From a virus (lineage: Duplodnaviria; Caudoviricetes): 64,000 nt of DNA. Position 1 is the first letter of the stretch. The number at the start of each line of letters is the position of its first letter. The notes below the pieces were generated by a model. That model did not search any database and had not been told where the DNA came from. It saw only the letters and a program-made list of their open reading frames with translations. Location of the stretch: positions 1 to 64,000 of IMG/VR virus record IMGVR_UViG_3300005573_000075; one strand, given 5' to 3'. Below are positions 26,264-35,734 of the stretch, piece by piece. The position numbers and the translations under genes are program-made.

Positions 26264-27361
26264 ATGGTAAGATTAACCTATTATTGTAATTTAAAAGGTA
26301 ATAAAGAGAAACTAGCGTTTCTGGAACAGCAATATAAATATGCTCAAATAATAGCTAGGTATTACCTTTGGTATATCAAATCAACTAAAGAGTATAGGAA
26401 ATCAGAAATACATAAAGTTACATATGAAAAAATAAGAACTAAGTATCCATTTCTGTATTCTAAATTAATACAACATATAAGGAATAAAGTGTTAGCTTCA
26501 GTAAAAGCTAAAAAACTCTATAAAGTCAAAAAATTAAATATTCCTCTAATTTTTGATTATCAAAATTTTGATATAGGATTTAAAGAAGGTTACTATAATG
26601 CATGGATAAGATTGTGTAAAAATAATTATCCATTAGAAGGTTTAAGAACGATTAATAAGTTAAAAGAAGTAGTAAGTATAAAAGAGATTCAAATAAAAAA
26701 GATAAACAATGCATGGAGAATATACTTCATATGTGAGGTAAAAGAAAACAATAATGTTAAAGGAAATCAGAGGTTAGGTATAGATATCAACATAAAAAAT
26801 ATAACCCTTTCAAATAATAAAAGATTCAATCTAAAACAATATGTTCATAAAAAAATAGAATACAGAAAGCATAAACAAAAGGATAAAATAGTAAGATACT
26901 CTAAAGATTTCTTCCATAAGTTGACTTCTGAGTTGGTTAAGTATCTAATAGAAATGGGAGGTTCTCAAATTATATTAGAGAATCTAACTAATATTAGGAA
27001 GTCAAGTTCTAGAAAAGAAGGAACATCTAAAGGGAAAAATGTAAATTACTTAATCAATAATGTATTTCTGTATAAGATGTTTCAAGAGTTTCTAGAGTAT
27101 AAATGTAAGTTAAATGGGATAGAAGTTAAATATATCAATCCAAGGAATACTAGTAAGACTTGTGAATGTGGATCCATGGATACTAATAGACCTAAACAAA
27201 GTCTATTAATATGTAATACTTGTGGAAGAAGATTAAACGCAGATTTAAATGGAGCTAAAAACATCTTGAAGTTTTCACTTCAAGATGGGTCGCCGAGTCG
27301 TTCCGACCCGTCTGAACTCCTTAAACAAAACAGACAAGCCCTCGGCTTTAGCCGTGGGTAG
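26264..27361 (+). CDS. tnpB: TnpB RNA-guided nuclease, copy 2
   Basis: Nearly identical to 5506..6606; catalytic D/E/D and zinc ribbon intact. Confidence 0.95.
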   Translation: MVRLTYYCNLKGNKEKLAFLEQQYKYAQIIARYYLWYIKSTKEYRKSEIHKVTYEKIRTKYPFLYSKLIQHIRNKVLASVKAKKLYKVKKLNIPLIFDYQNFDIGFKEGYYNAWIRLCKNNYPLEGLRTINKLKEVVSIKEIQIKKINNAWRIYFICEVKENNNVKGNQRLGIDINIKNITLSNNKRFNLKQYVHKKIEYRKHKQKDKIVRYSKDFFHKLTSELVKYLIEMGGSQIILENLTNIRKSSSRKEGTSKGKNVNYLINNVFLYKMFQEFLEYKCKLNGIEVKYINPRNTSKTCECGSMDTNRPKQSLLICNTCGRRLNADLNGAKNILKFSLQDGSPSRSDPSELLKQNRQALGFSRG

Positions 27362-27385
27362 ATGACTTTAAGCATAAATCAATGT
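27235..27385 (+). ncRNA. predicted omegaRNA/reRNA plus flanking guide, copy 2 (5' boundary approximate)
   Basis: Stems GGGTCG/CGACCC, GTCTG/CAGAC and the right-end hairpin; covaries with copy 1. Confidence 0.6.
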
Positions 27386-29946
27386 GGGGGGATAATACAA
27401 AAGATGAAAATATGGAAGAAGAACCAGTAGAAAAGAAGTCCATGTGGGTAAAAGAATCGATTAAAACATTAAAACATCCAGGTACTGTAATAATATCTCC
27501 TAATGAATATTATACTAAAGGATTAACGGAGCAAGATATTTATGATTATTATGAAAGGGTAAAAGATAACTTATTAAAATTATATGAAGAATATAAATTG
27601 GATTGCCTTTTGAAAATAAAGATAGATAATACTTTAATAGTAAAAAGATTGAAAAACGAAGAATTATTAAAATCATGGAATGTTATAAATAATGGTAGAA
27701 CAGTAGAATTTCATATAGTATTACCAACTCAATATTCTCGTATTTATTGGATAGATTTAGATCCTAAAGAAAAGTTTCCTTTTGAAACTGTGTATGAAAT
27801 TGCTGAAAAAATTAAAAATTTATGTTTAAAAAATATATCAAATACTTCTGATGTTGTTATTAATTATACTGGGGGAAGAGGAATGTATGTTATAGGATTT
27901 TTAAATAAGGAACAAGATGTTAATAAGATAAAAAATACTTTAAAAGAATTAATAGAATCTAATATTATACCTGAATATCCTAAAACAACATTAGGATTTA
28001 CAAAAGAATCTGATAATATGCGTATAGATTTATCCACATTACATAAGTTAGGATCTATAAGATCTCCATATTCTTTAAATGCTACTACAGGATTAGTATC
28101 AAAAGAATTAAAAAGTTTAGATAAAGAAGATTATAATATTAATTTTTTTAAAAAGAGTTTCACATTCAATCTTTGGATTCTACAGGCTACATTATTACCT
28201 CAGATAATTGGGGAAATAAATACTTTAAATAAAGATCCTGAATATATAAATAGAATTATAGATACATTATATGTAATGTCTTCATTTATAAAAGGATTAG
28301 AAGGTAAAAGTAAAGAAGAAATAAAAAAGGTGTATACACAAGAATGGAAAGAAGAGATGAAATCACGTATAAATAATATAATATCAACAATTAATTCAGG
28401 AAGAATTCCTAATAGTAAAGATTGGGAATTAATATTTACTTATTCTGATAAATTTAAAGATAATATAAACATGCAATCATTATTAGAAAAAGTAATAAAA
28501 ATGAAGTATGCAATTGAAAGAGGAGATAGAGAACGAATAGATAAACCTGAATTTTTAACATTGATAGCTAAATTTTTAATAAGAAGACCATATGAAAAAA
28601 CAAATTTATCAAAAGAATTAATACAAAAAATACAAAATAAGATAGGAGAAAGCTCATCAGCATCATTAGATTATTTGTTATCTGTAGCTAAGGGATATAG
28701 ACCAGAATATCAAGAGTATAGAAAAGATTGGGTAACTGTTGTGTTAGAAAAGAATAAAAGAACTGGTAGGGATATAGATGAGGATGATTTAGAAGATACT
28801 ATATCTTTTATAAAATTATTAAATAGAAGTGGAGAAAAATTAACTGATGATGAAAAAAAAGCTATAGAACAGATATTTTTAAAATTTCCTTTGTATGCTA
28901 TTAAAGTAGCAGATGAATTAATAAATTTAGGGGTTAGTTTAGATAAGAATACATTAATAGAAGAAATAGCAAAAAATTCAGGAAATTCTTTTGAATATGC
29001 TAAATTATTAATAGAAAAAAGAAAAGATATAAAAGAAATACCTGAAATAATAATACAAGGAATAGCTCAAAATTCGATAAGTTCTTATGATTTTGCTAAA
29101 TTATTAATAGAAAAAGGAAAAGATATAAAAGAAATACCTGAAATTATACTACAAGGAATAGCACAAGATTCAGTATATTCTTATTATTTTGCTGAGTTCT
29201 TAATAGATCAAGGGAAAGATATAAAAGAAATACCTGAAATTATAATACAAGGAATAGCCCAAAGTTCAAGGAATTCTTATTATTTTGCTGACTTATTAAT
29301 AGATCAAGGGAAAGATATAAAAGAAATACCTGAAATTATACTACAAGGAGTAGCCCAAAGTTCGGATGATTCTTATTATTTTGCTAAATTCTTAATAGAA
29401 CAAGGAAAAGATGTTAAGGAAATTCATGAGGGTATAATACAAAGTATTTTAAGGGATAAAGAATATAAAGAAAAATATTTTGATTTATTACGACAATATA
29501 ATTTGCCATTACCAGAAGAATATGAAATAAAAAATGAAAATAGGGAAGAAGAACCAGTAGAAAAGAAGTCCATGTGGGTAAATTCAAATAAAAAACAATT
29601 GACAATAAGGGGGATATATAATAAGGGGTATAAGATTTATCCTTTATACTCCTTAGCTTTTGTGGCAAAAGAGGCGTATGATATAGCCAGGGAACATTTA
29701 AACAAAGATACAGTTAGCAAGTACATGGATATGGTAAAAAATATTGAAGATACTAAAGAAAGAAATGAAGCGGCTTTTAATCTTTGGATAACTACTGAAG
29801 GATATTTACCTTATGAGGAAACGATTTCAAAAATAAGAAATAAAATTGATACTTTTTCAAAATATGAGAGAATTACGGTATCTAGATTAATTGAAAAATT
29901 TAGAAATTTTTTGAAACAACAGTTTGTAAATATAGGAAAAGCGTAA
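27382..29946 (+). CDS. multidomain protein: LigD-type primase-polymerase (AEP) domain, helical region, 5 x 32-aa repeats
   Basis: GLTEQDIYDYY, RTVEFH, motif I YWIDLDP, motif II-like YTGGRGMYV (His replaced by Tyr), MRIDLS, RSPYSLNATTGLVS are LigD Pol-domain hallmarks. Confidence 0.85.
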   Translation: MWGDNTKDENMEEEPVEKKSMWVKESIKTLKHPGTVIISPNEYYTKGLTEQDIYDYYERVKDNLLKLYEEYKLDCLLKIKIDNTLIVKRLKNEELLKSWNVINNGRTVEFHIVLPTQYSRIYWIDLDPKEKFPFETVYEIAEKIKNLCLKNISNTSDVVINYTGGRGMYVIGFLNKEQDVNKIKNTLKELIESNIIPEYPKTTLGFTKESDNMRIDLSTLHKLGSIRSPYSLNATTGLVSKELKSLDKEDYNINFFKKSFTFNLWILQATLLPQIIGEINTLNKDPEYINRIIDTLYVMSSFIKGLEGKSKEEIKKVYTQEWKEEMKSRINNIISTINSGRIPNSKDWELIFTYSDKFKDNINMQSLLEKVIKMKYAIERGDRERIDKPEFLTLIAKFLIRRPYEKTNLSKELIQKIQNKIGESSSASLDYLLSVAKGYRPEYQEYRKDWVTVVLEKNKRTGRDIDEDDLEDTISFIKLLNRSGEKLTDDEKKAIEQIFLKFPLYAIKVADELINLGVSLDKNTLIEEIAKNSGNSFEYAKLLIEKRKDIKEIPEIIIQGIAQNSISSYDFAKLLIEKGKDIKEIPEIILQGIAQDSVYSYYFAEFLIDQGKDIKEIPEIIIQGIAQSSRNSYYFADLLIDQGKDIKEIPEIILQGVAQSSDDSYYFAKFLIEQGKDVKEIHEGIIQSILRDKEYKEKYFDLLRQYNLPLPEEYEIKNENREEEPVEKKSMWVNSNKKQLTIRGIYNKGYKIYPLYSLAFVAKEAYDIAREHLNKDTVSKYMDMVKNIEDTKERNEAAFNLWITTEGYLPYEETISKIRNKIDTFSKYERITVSRLIEKFRNFLKQQFVNIGKA
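27414..27452 (+). repeat. 39-bp perfect direct repeat (second copy 29544-29582)
   Basis: GGAAGAAGAACCAGTAGAAAAGAAGTCCATGTGGGTAAA at both sites, 2130 bp apart, encoding EEEPVEKKSMWV. Confidence 0.95.
28975..29454 (+). repeat. 5 x 96-bp coding repeats (32 aa)
   Basis: Consensus xSxxSYxFAxxLIxxGKDIKEIPEIIxQGIAQ. Confidence 0.95.
29599..29623 (+). promoter_or_regulatory. conserved phage promoter motif, internal to ORF 27382..29946
   Basis: TTGACAATAAGGGGGATATATAATA. Confidence 0.7.
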
Positions 29947-30711
29947 ATGCCAATAGAACAAAATATTTTTTTGTTTCCAGTAATAAAATGGGTAATGCCA
30001 CAAGGATTAGATTTATCTGTTTATGATAAAATAAATATTTATTATTCTTCTAATGAAGGGCAGAATTATACTTTATTAACTACAATTGATTCAAAAGATG
30101 GTAATAATACTCCTGTAACTTCATATACTGACCAATTTCATTCTATTACCATGAAAGATAATTTATTTTATGTGGTATCGTATTATAGCACTTCTTTGGA
30201 TACTTCAACTGATTACATATTAACGTATAAAGAATTAACTCCAAGAGAAAGGAAGTTGACTTTTAATTTGGCCAATATCCTTTCCTCTTTCATTAGCAAC
30301 ACTTTAACAGATGAAGAATTAAGGCAGTATTTAGAGCAAGGGTTAAAAGCGTATAATATAATACCTCCAGCCACAGATTTTACCCTATTCTCATTACCAG
30401 CTTCTTTAGAGCCGGTAATTTTGCTAGGAGGGGCTGTATTTGGGGCATATACAAATATGCTTAAAATATCGTTTGGAGATGTATCAATTAATGATAATGG
30501 GATATCATTAACATTAAATAGAGGAGAAAAGATAAATCAATTGATAGATAAAATTAATACTAAGTATAAAGAGATTATTGAAGTGTCTAAATTAGATTAT
30601 GCGTATACTGGAGCAGGTGTAGGCTCGGTACCATTACCTATAGGTATAGGTAATAACTTAGGAAGATCAATAATGAATGTTTTTGATTTGATAGGCGCAT
30701 TAGGTAGATAA
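29947..30711 (+). CDS. head-tail adaptor / neck protein candidate
   Basis: LTDEELRQYL..SINDNGISLTLNR resembles myovirus head-completion proteins; position supports. Confidence 0.55.
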   Translation: MPIEQNIFLFPVIKWVMPQGLDLSVYDKINIYYSSNEGQNYTLLTTIDSKDGNNTPVTSYTDQFHSITMKDNLFYVVSYYSTSLDTSTDYILTYKELTPRERKLTFNLANILSSFISNTLTDEELRQYLEQGLKAYNIIPPATDFTLFSLPASLEPVILLGGAVFGAYTNMLKISFGDVSINDNGISLTLNRGEKINQLIDKINTKYKEIIEVSKLDYAYTGAGVGSVPLPIGIGNNLGRSIMNVFDLIGALGR

Positions 30712-30713
30712 TA

Positions 30714-31133
30714 ATGGCAAAGATATCCACAAATACGGAGCAAGTTCCCATAGATAATTTAGTGGTTACATTTGACGAAGGTTTGTATGACCATTATTTA
30801 AGCTATGCCGGAATGCCTCCAAGGCATTATATAACTTACATCAACGAAATCAAGGCAGGATTTTCCACTAAATATCAACTTCATAGATTATTGAAGTTTT
30901 TAAAAGAGATATTTCCAACAGGAATAATACCTGCAAAAGCGTTACAATATCAGCCAATACCTACTGTTTCCGAACCTATAATTAGAAGATTAGGTAAAAT
31001 TCAAGTAGTTGAAAAGAAATTTGATAAAGTACAAAGGAATTCTTTAAGAGAAATTGATTGGGAATACATGACCGGTGGAATAGATACTAATGCAGTTATA
31101 AACGGGCGGAATGTTGAAGGCCCTAGAGTTTAA
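30714..31133 (+). CDS. hypothetical protein (139 aa)
   Basis: Co-oriented and tightly packed. Confidence 0.65.
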   Translation: MAKISTNTEQVPIDNLVVTFDEGLYDHYLSYAGMPPRHYITYINEIKAGFSTKYQLHRLLKFLKEIFPTGIIPAKALQYQPIPTVSEPIIRRLGKIQVVEKKFDKVQRNSLREIDWEYMTGGIDTNAVINGRNVEGPRV

Positions 31134-31145
31134 AGGAGGAATAAA

Positions 31146-32582
31146 ATGGAAATAATATTTGATAGAAAAGCTTTTTTAGGCTATAAAGAAAAAATAAATA
31201 AAGAGAAGTATATATCAAAAGGAGTTACTGAAAAGCTTGATAATGTGCAGAAGGATTATTCTATAAAAGAAAGTCTTCCTGTAGATAAAATAGGAGAAGA
31301 AAACATCACAAAAGGAGAAAAAGGAGAATTAAAATTTCCCAAAGCCAATACCGATGAAATGTTTCATTCCGCTAGCAGAGGGGAAGATAAAGTTAAAGAA
31401 TATGTTTCAGCTATGGTGGATAAATTAGTTAAAGAAGGTTATTCAAAAGAACAAGCTATGGAAAAAGCGCTTTCAGAAGTTAAAGCTAGAGGATATGATA
31501 TACCTGAGAAAAAAGCTGCAAAATTAACAGATGAAGCCCAAGAATTTATATCCAACAAAATTAAACTTTTAATAGAAGAGGGATATGATCAGGAGCAGGC
31601 GGCAGCTATTGCTTACAGTCAAGCCAGAGAAAAAGGATATGATGTCCCAGAGAAAAAGGAGGCAGGTGTTAAGATGGCTAAAATAGATAATATTCAAGAA
31701 GGTGAAAAAGGGAAATTGGATTTTCCTACCTCGCAGGATAAACATGACCCTAGTGTTAAACAACCTTATCTTAAGACAGATAAGCCTACAATATCAAAAG
31801 GTCCAGAGGAGAAAATAAATATTGAAAAATCTCAAGCTTCATTTCCTTCTGCTGAATTGAAGGTCTCTACAGAGAGTGGTAATGAATTTAAAGAAGAAGG
31901 GGATAAAGGGGCATTTAAAAAGATAAATCCTGAACCGGGAGTATCTGCCGATAAACTTAAAGATGCAGATAAACCGTTCTCAGATTATGAACAGGTCCCA
32001 AAAATGATGAAGCAATTTAATATAAAGTTTTATAAAAAGCAAGATCCTTATATGTATAAAGAGGCTATGGTAGGCGCAATAGATTCTTCTATAAAGAATA
32101 TGGAAACGATAGCTTTGGCCTTAGGGAAAAATATATTTGATACCCCAATAGCCCCTATATATGCAGGATTGATACTTGCAAGAGATGTTAATACCCTTAT
32201 AGTTACTGCTGCAGATAGCAAAAAAACTATATTTACATTGTTAAAAGAATTAAAAGATAAATATATGACTGAGAAGGGGTTTGATAAAGAGAAGTTTAAA
32301 GGTGAATTTAAAGGGGCATTGAAAGGATTAACGGATAAATTTGCTGATTGGATGGAACAGTATGATTTTAAAGAAGAATCAGGTTCCAAAAAAGAACCAG
32401 GTGAAAAAGGGGAATCTAAAGGCCCTTTTGGAGCTGGTGATGAGAAGAAAGAGAAGGGCGGATTTCCTTTTGGCAAAGGTAAAGAAAAAGGTGAATTTCC
32501 ATTTGGCAAAGAGAAAGGTTCAGAAGAAGAACCAGAAGATAAAAATATTTTGGAAAAGATTAGTAGATTCCTTTTTTCTTAA
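31146..32582 (+). CDS. charged internal-head/scaffold-like protein with a duplicated EGYxxEQAxxxAxSxxxxxGYDxPEKK module
   Basis: RBS AAGGAGG; internal repeat and FPFG repeats visible in the translation. Confidence 0.65.
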   Translation: MEIIFDRKAFLGYKEKINKEKYISKGVTEKLDNVQKDYSIKESLPVDKIGEENITKGEKGELKFPKANTDEMFHSASRGEDKVKEYVSAMVDKLVKEGYSKEQAMEKALSEVKARGYDIPEKKAAKLTDEAQEFISNKIKLLIEEGYDQEQAAAIAYSQAREKGYDVPEKKEAGVKMAKIDNIQEGEKGKLDFPTSQDKHDPSVKQPYLKTDKPTISKGPEEKINIEKSQASFPSAELKVSTESGNEFKEEGDKGAFKKINPEPGVSADKLKDADKPFSDYEQVPKMMKQFNIKFYKKQDPYMYKEAMVGAIDSSIKNMETIALALGKNIFDTPIAPIYAGLILARDVNTLIVTAADSKKTIFTLLKELKDKYMTEKGFDKEKFKGEFKGALKGLTDKFADWMEQYDFKEESGSKKEPGEKGESKGPFGAGDEKKEKGGFPFGKGKEKGEFPFGKEKGSEEEPEDKNILEKISRFLFS

Positions 32583-32587
32583 TTAAT

Positions 32588-32619
32588 TTCCCCCCGCCCC
32601 GGATAACCGGGGCGGGGAA
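32588..32619 (+). terminator. very stable GC hairpin without a U tract (terminator or mRNA-stabilising stem)
   Basis: CCCCGCCCCGG-ATAA-CCGGGGCGGGG. Confidence 0.55.
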
Positions 32620-32630
32620 GAGGGTTCCAA

Positions 32631-34070
32631 ATGTTTTTAAAAGAAAGTCAAAATATATCAGATTTATATGACCTTTTTTTAACTAAGCGTACTGAGTTTG
32701 CACAGTTATTAGGTGTAGATGAAGGTTTAATTACAATTCCTAATATGAATGCTGAAGTTGTACTGCAAAAATTTAAAGGAAATACCCAATTAAATAATAT
32801 AAAAAAAGTATTAGATGCCACAAAATCTGCGATAGAAAAACAATTCGGGATACGTCCTGAATCTGTGAGCATAGAAACAATATTATTGGGAATGTTAAAT
32901 GAGAAATTCAAAATAGGGGCTAGGAGTCTGGAAGAAATAACCAATTTACAAGACGTGGTATCTCTTTTATTAGAAGATACAGGGTTTATAAATAATTATT
33001 TAACTCAGATGCAGAATATTTTGAAAAAAGAAGATATGGTATTTCAAGTAATAGATGGGATTGAAAAGGAATTTAATATCACAATAGATATAAAAGAGGT
33101 AGCTAGTTGGTTTAATACGGCCCCTGTAGGAATAAGTTATTTAAAAATGTCTCCTGAAAAATTATATGGCACGATTATTTCTATCCCGGGGATATGGGCA
33201 AGAATAAATAAAATTATAGCTACTTCTTTTATAAAAATAATATCTACAGAATTATCTGAGCAAGGGATAGATGTAACTATAAAAATATTGGATATTACTC
33301 CAAAAAATATACGTCATTTTTTTAATAGTATACAGAAAATAAAGGATATAATATCTTTAGTAAATAATGGGGAAATAGATATATCATTGGAAGTTAATTT
33401 AGTACCTTTAGAAGGGTGGCCAACAACTATTACAACTTTTGAAGATTTTGTTAATTTTTATAATAACATAAAAGAATATAAAAAAGATTTAAAAGAAGTT
33501 CAAACAAAAAAAAGGGAAGAGCAGGAAAAAGTAATAAAAGAGAAGGAGAAGGCAGAAAAAGGGGAAGAACTAAAAAAACAAAAAGAAAAAGAAGAGAAAG
33601 AAAAGGCAGAAAAATTTAAAGAAGAAGAAAAAGAAAAGAAAGAAAAAGAACAATTTACAACATTTGAAAGTGAATTTATAAATAGTAGCTATTCTCTAAT
33701 TAAAAATATAACTAGTAGTGGTTCAATTTATGATTTAATAGATAAGATAAAACCTTATACAGAGAAGAGTGATACATTATTTAAGTTATTTACTATTTTA
33801 CAAAGTATAAGCGATAATATTACTTCTTTGAATACAATAGAATCTGCAATATCAAAAGCTAAAAAAGAAGTTTTACAATATCATAGGCAATATTACTTAG
33901 AAAAAATGAACGATATAAAAAAAGAAGTAGAAGACAATTTGGCAGGATTAGAATTATTTTTTGAGCAGTTAGGTAAACCATTAGATAAAGAGTATAATCT
34001 GAAAAATATAATCTATTCAGATATAGATAATTTGCAGAAAAAGATAGAAGGATTAGGAGGGGGTCAATGA
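32631..34070 (+). CDS. hypothetical coiled-coil protein (479 aa)
   Basis: Long ORF with an E/K-rich coiled coil. Confidence 0.7.
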   Translation: MFLKESQNISDLYDLFLTKRTEFAQLLGVDEGLITIPNMNAEVVLQKFKGNTQLNNIKKVLDATKSAIEKQFGIRPESVSIETILLGMLNEKFKIGARSLEEITNLQDVVSLLLEDTGFINNYLTQMQNILKKEDMVFQVIDGIEKEFNITIDIKEVASWFNTAPVGISYLKMSPEKLYGTIISIPGIWARINKIIATSFIKIISTELSEQGIDVTIKILDITPKNIRHFFNSIQKIKDIISLVNNGEIDISLEVNLVPLEGWPTTITTFEDFVNFYNNIKEYKKDLKEVQTKKREEQEKVIKEKEKAEKGEELKKQKEKEEKEKAEKFKEEEKEKKEKEQFTTFESEFINSSYSLIKNITSSGSIYDLIDKIKPYTEKSDTLFKLFTILQSISDNITSLNTIESAISKAKKEVLQYHRQYYLEKMNDIKKEVEDNLAGLELFFEQLGKPLDKEYNLKNIIYSDIDNLQKKIEGLGGGQ

Positions 34071-35734
34071 ATTTAAAATTTTTGTTTAAAAAAATAAGCG
34101 AATACCTAGACAAAAATTTAAATAGAGAAGAAACTGTCGACCCTCACGAGTTAGAAATGGGTATTAAAGAAGAAATGGAACATACCGATGATCCAGAAAT
34201 AGCTAAGGAAATAGCATTAGACCATTTAGAAGAGCATCCTAATTATTATACAAAATTAAAAGAAGTTTTCTCTACTTTAAATAAGAAAGCACAGGCGTAT
34301 CAAATTACTGTGAATGACAAAATTTACGATATAGATATTACTCAAGAAGTTGATACTACTAATGAAAACTCTGTTATAAAATATTACATTACGTTTAAAG
34401 AGTATCCTGATATGTCTTTTGAAATTGAAAATGCAGAAGAAATTCCTGAGCCGGAATTGAAAGATATAATTGTGGATTATATAGTTAATTTTAAAGATTT
34501 AGCAATAAAAAGTTATATAGAAGATCAAATTCCGGTAGACCAATCTGATTTCAATTATAAAGATAAGAGAACAGATACTGAGGATTATTATGACAAATTA
34601 GGCCAATCTTTAGATAAACCAAAACCGGATGGTGAAAGTAGCATGCCTGTAAGAGAAAAAAATAAATATCCTTATCCTTCCACAGGGTGGTACTCAGACA
34701 TGAGAGGTTCTTCAGAACCACCTTCCGATTATAGCGATAGCAATTATTCAAAAGCTAAGGAAGGAGATTTACGGCCAGATTGGGCTACAGAAAGCAAATT
34801 TTCTTGGATAGATAAAGATGAGTTATTTAAGTTTATGAAATTATGCAAACTGTTTAAGATTAACAGAGAATTGACAAGAAATGCAACTATATATAAATAT
34901 CTTCCTTTTTTTGTAAAGAATAGTGCATACTACAGGTTATTGGATGCTTATTTAAATATTTTATTTGAGCCAGTGGATAATATTATTAATATTAATAATA
35001 GTAATAAAAGTATTATTAATTTAGTTGATGCCTTATATGCTAAGGGATATAATAAATCTACAATTAAAAAAGAAGCATATAAAGAATTTGAAAAGGAGAT
35101 TTATTCTGATAATAATATAAAAAAAGAAATTAAACAATATATAAAGTTTAAATTTTCTCCTAGATTACTAATAGCGTCGGATATGCGCCCGTATTTAAAA
35201 GTAAAGCATATAAAAAATCCTTTAAAAGAAGGGGTTATATTAAATGTTATAGAGGATACCCCTAGCGAGGCCAGGATATATGTATATTGGTTATCAGACG
35301 ATTCATTAGATTTTGTTAATGAAAATGATTTAATAATTACAGGAGAACCTACTTTTGAAGAGATGAAGAAAGTTAATGAAAAGGAGCAGCAAAAAGTTAG
35401 TATGCTTACAATACAAAAGAATCCTTTTAATTGGTATTTAAGCTCTTTCTTGCAAACTTTTAGGGAATTACCTGTAAAATATGCTGAATTTAGAGAATGG
35501 GCGAAGGATATAAAAGATTATACTTTATTCGATAGTTTAGAAACTTTTTTGATAGGTACTAATTTAGTTAATATTACGCCAGGGTTGACAAAATTAAATG
35601 CTAAAAAAGTGGTGTATGTTTCTTCTGATAATGCAACTAAAGTTATTGAATTAGGGGAGGGCGAAGAACCTCCTGAGAAAATAACAGATGATGCAGGAAA
35701 AGAGTATTCTAAAATCGGAGAAAAGAATGAATGA
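34067..35734 (+). CDS. multidomain protein with an N-terminal DUF5661-like module
   Basis: VDPHELEMGIKEEMEHTDDPEIAKEIALDHLEEHPNYYTKLKE. Confidence 0.75.
   Translation: MNLKFLFKKISEYLDKNLNREETVDPHELEMGIKEEMEHTDDPEIAKEIALDHLEEHPNYYTKLKEVFSTLNKKAQAYQITVNDKIYDIDITQEVDTTNENSVIKYYITFKEYPDMSFEIENAEEIPEPELKDIIVDYIVNFKDLAIKSYIEDQIPVDQSDFNYKDKRTDTEDYYDKLGQSLDKPKPDGESSMPVREKNKYPYPSTGWYSDMRGSSEPPSDYSDSNYSKAKEGDLRPDWATESKFSWIDKDELFKFMKLCKLFKINRELTRNATIYKYLPFFVKNSAYYRLLDAYLNILFEPVDNIININNSNKSIINLVDALYAKGYNKSTIKKEAYKEFEKEIYSDNNIKKEIKQYIKFKFSPRLLIASDMRPYLKVKHIKNPLKEGVILNVIEDTPSEARIYVYWLSDDSLDFVNENDLIITGEPTFEEMKKVNEKEQQKVSMLTIQKNPFNWYLSSFLQTFRELPVKYAEFREWAKDIKDYTLFDSLETFLIGTNLVNITPGLTKLNAKKVVYVSSDNATKVIELGEGEEPPEKITDDAGKEYSKIGEKNE

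Larger units (their letters stand above)
26175..27366 (+). mobile_element. IS200/IS605-family TnpB-only element, copy 2
   Basis: TTAT target 26171-26174, same left end, tnpB, right end CAAG-CCCTCGGCTTTAGCCGTGGG-TAGATGAC. Confidence 0.93.

Noticed and set aside
26175-27366. IStron (group I intron-IS chimera) explaining the in-frame empty site
   Set aside because: Only 89 nt lie between the left end and tnpB, too short for a group I intron core.
28975-29454. 96-bp repeats as a CRISPR array or DGR template/variable pair
   Set aside because: They are in-frame coding repeats with variation not restricted to adenines, and there is no reverse transcriptase in the window.
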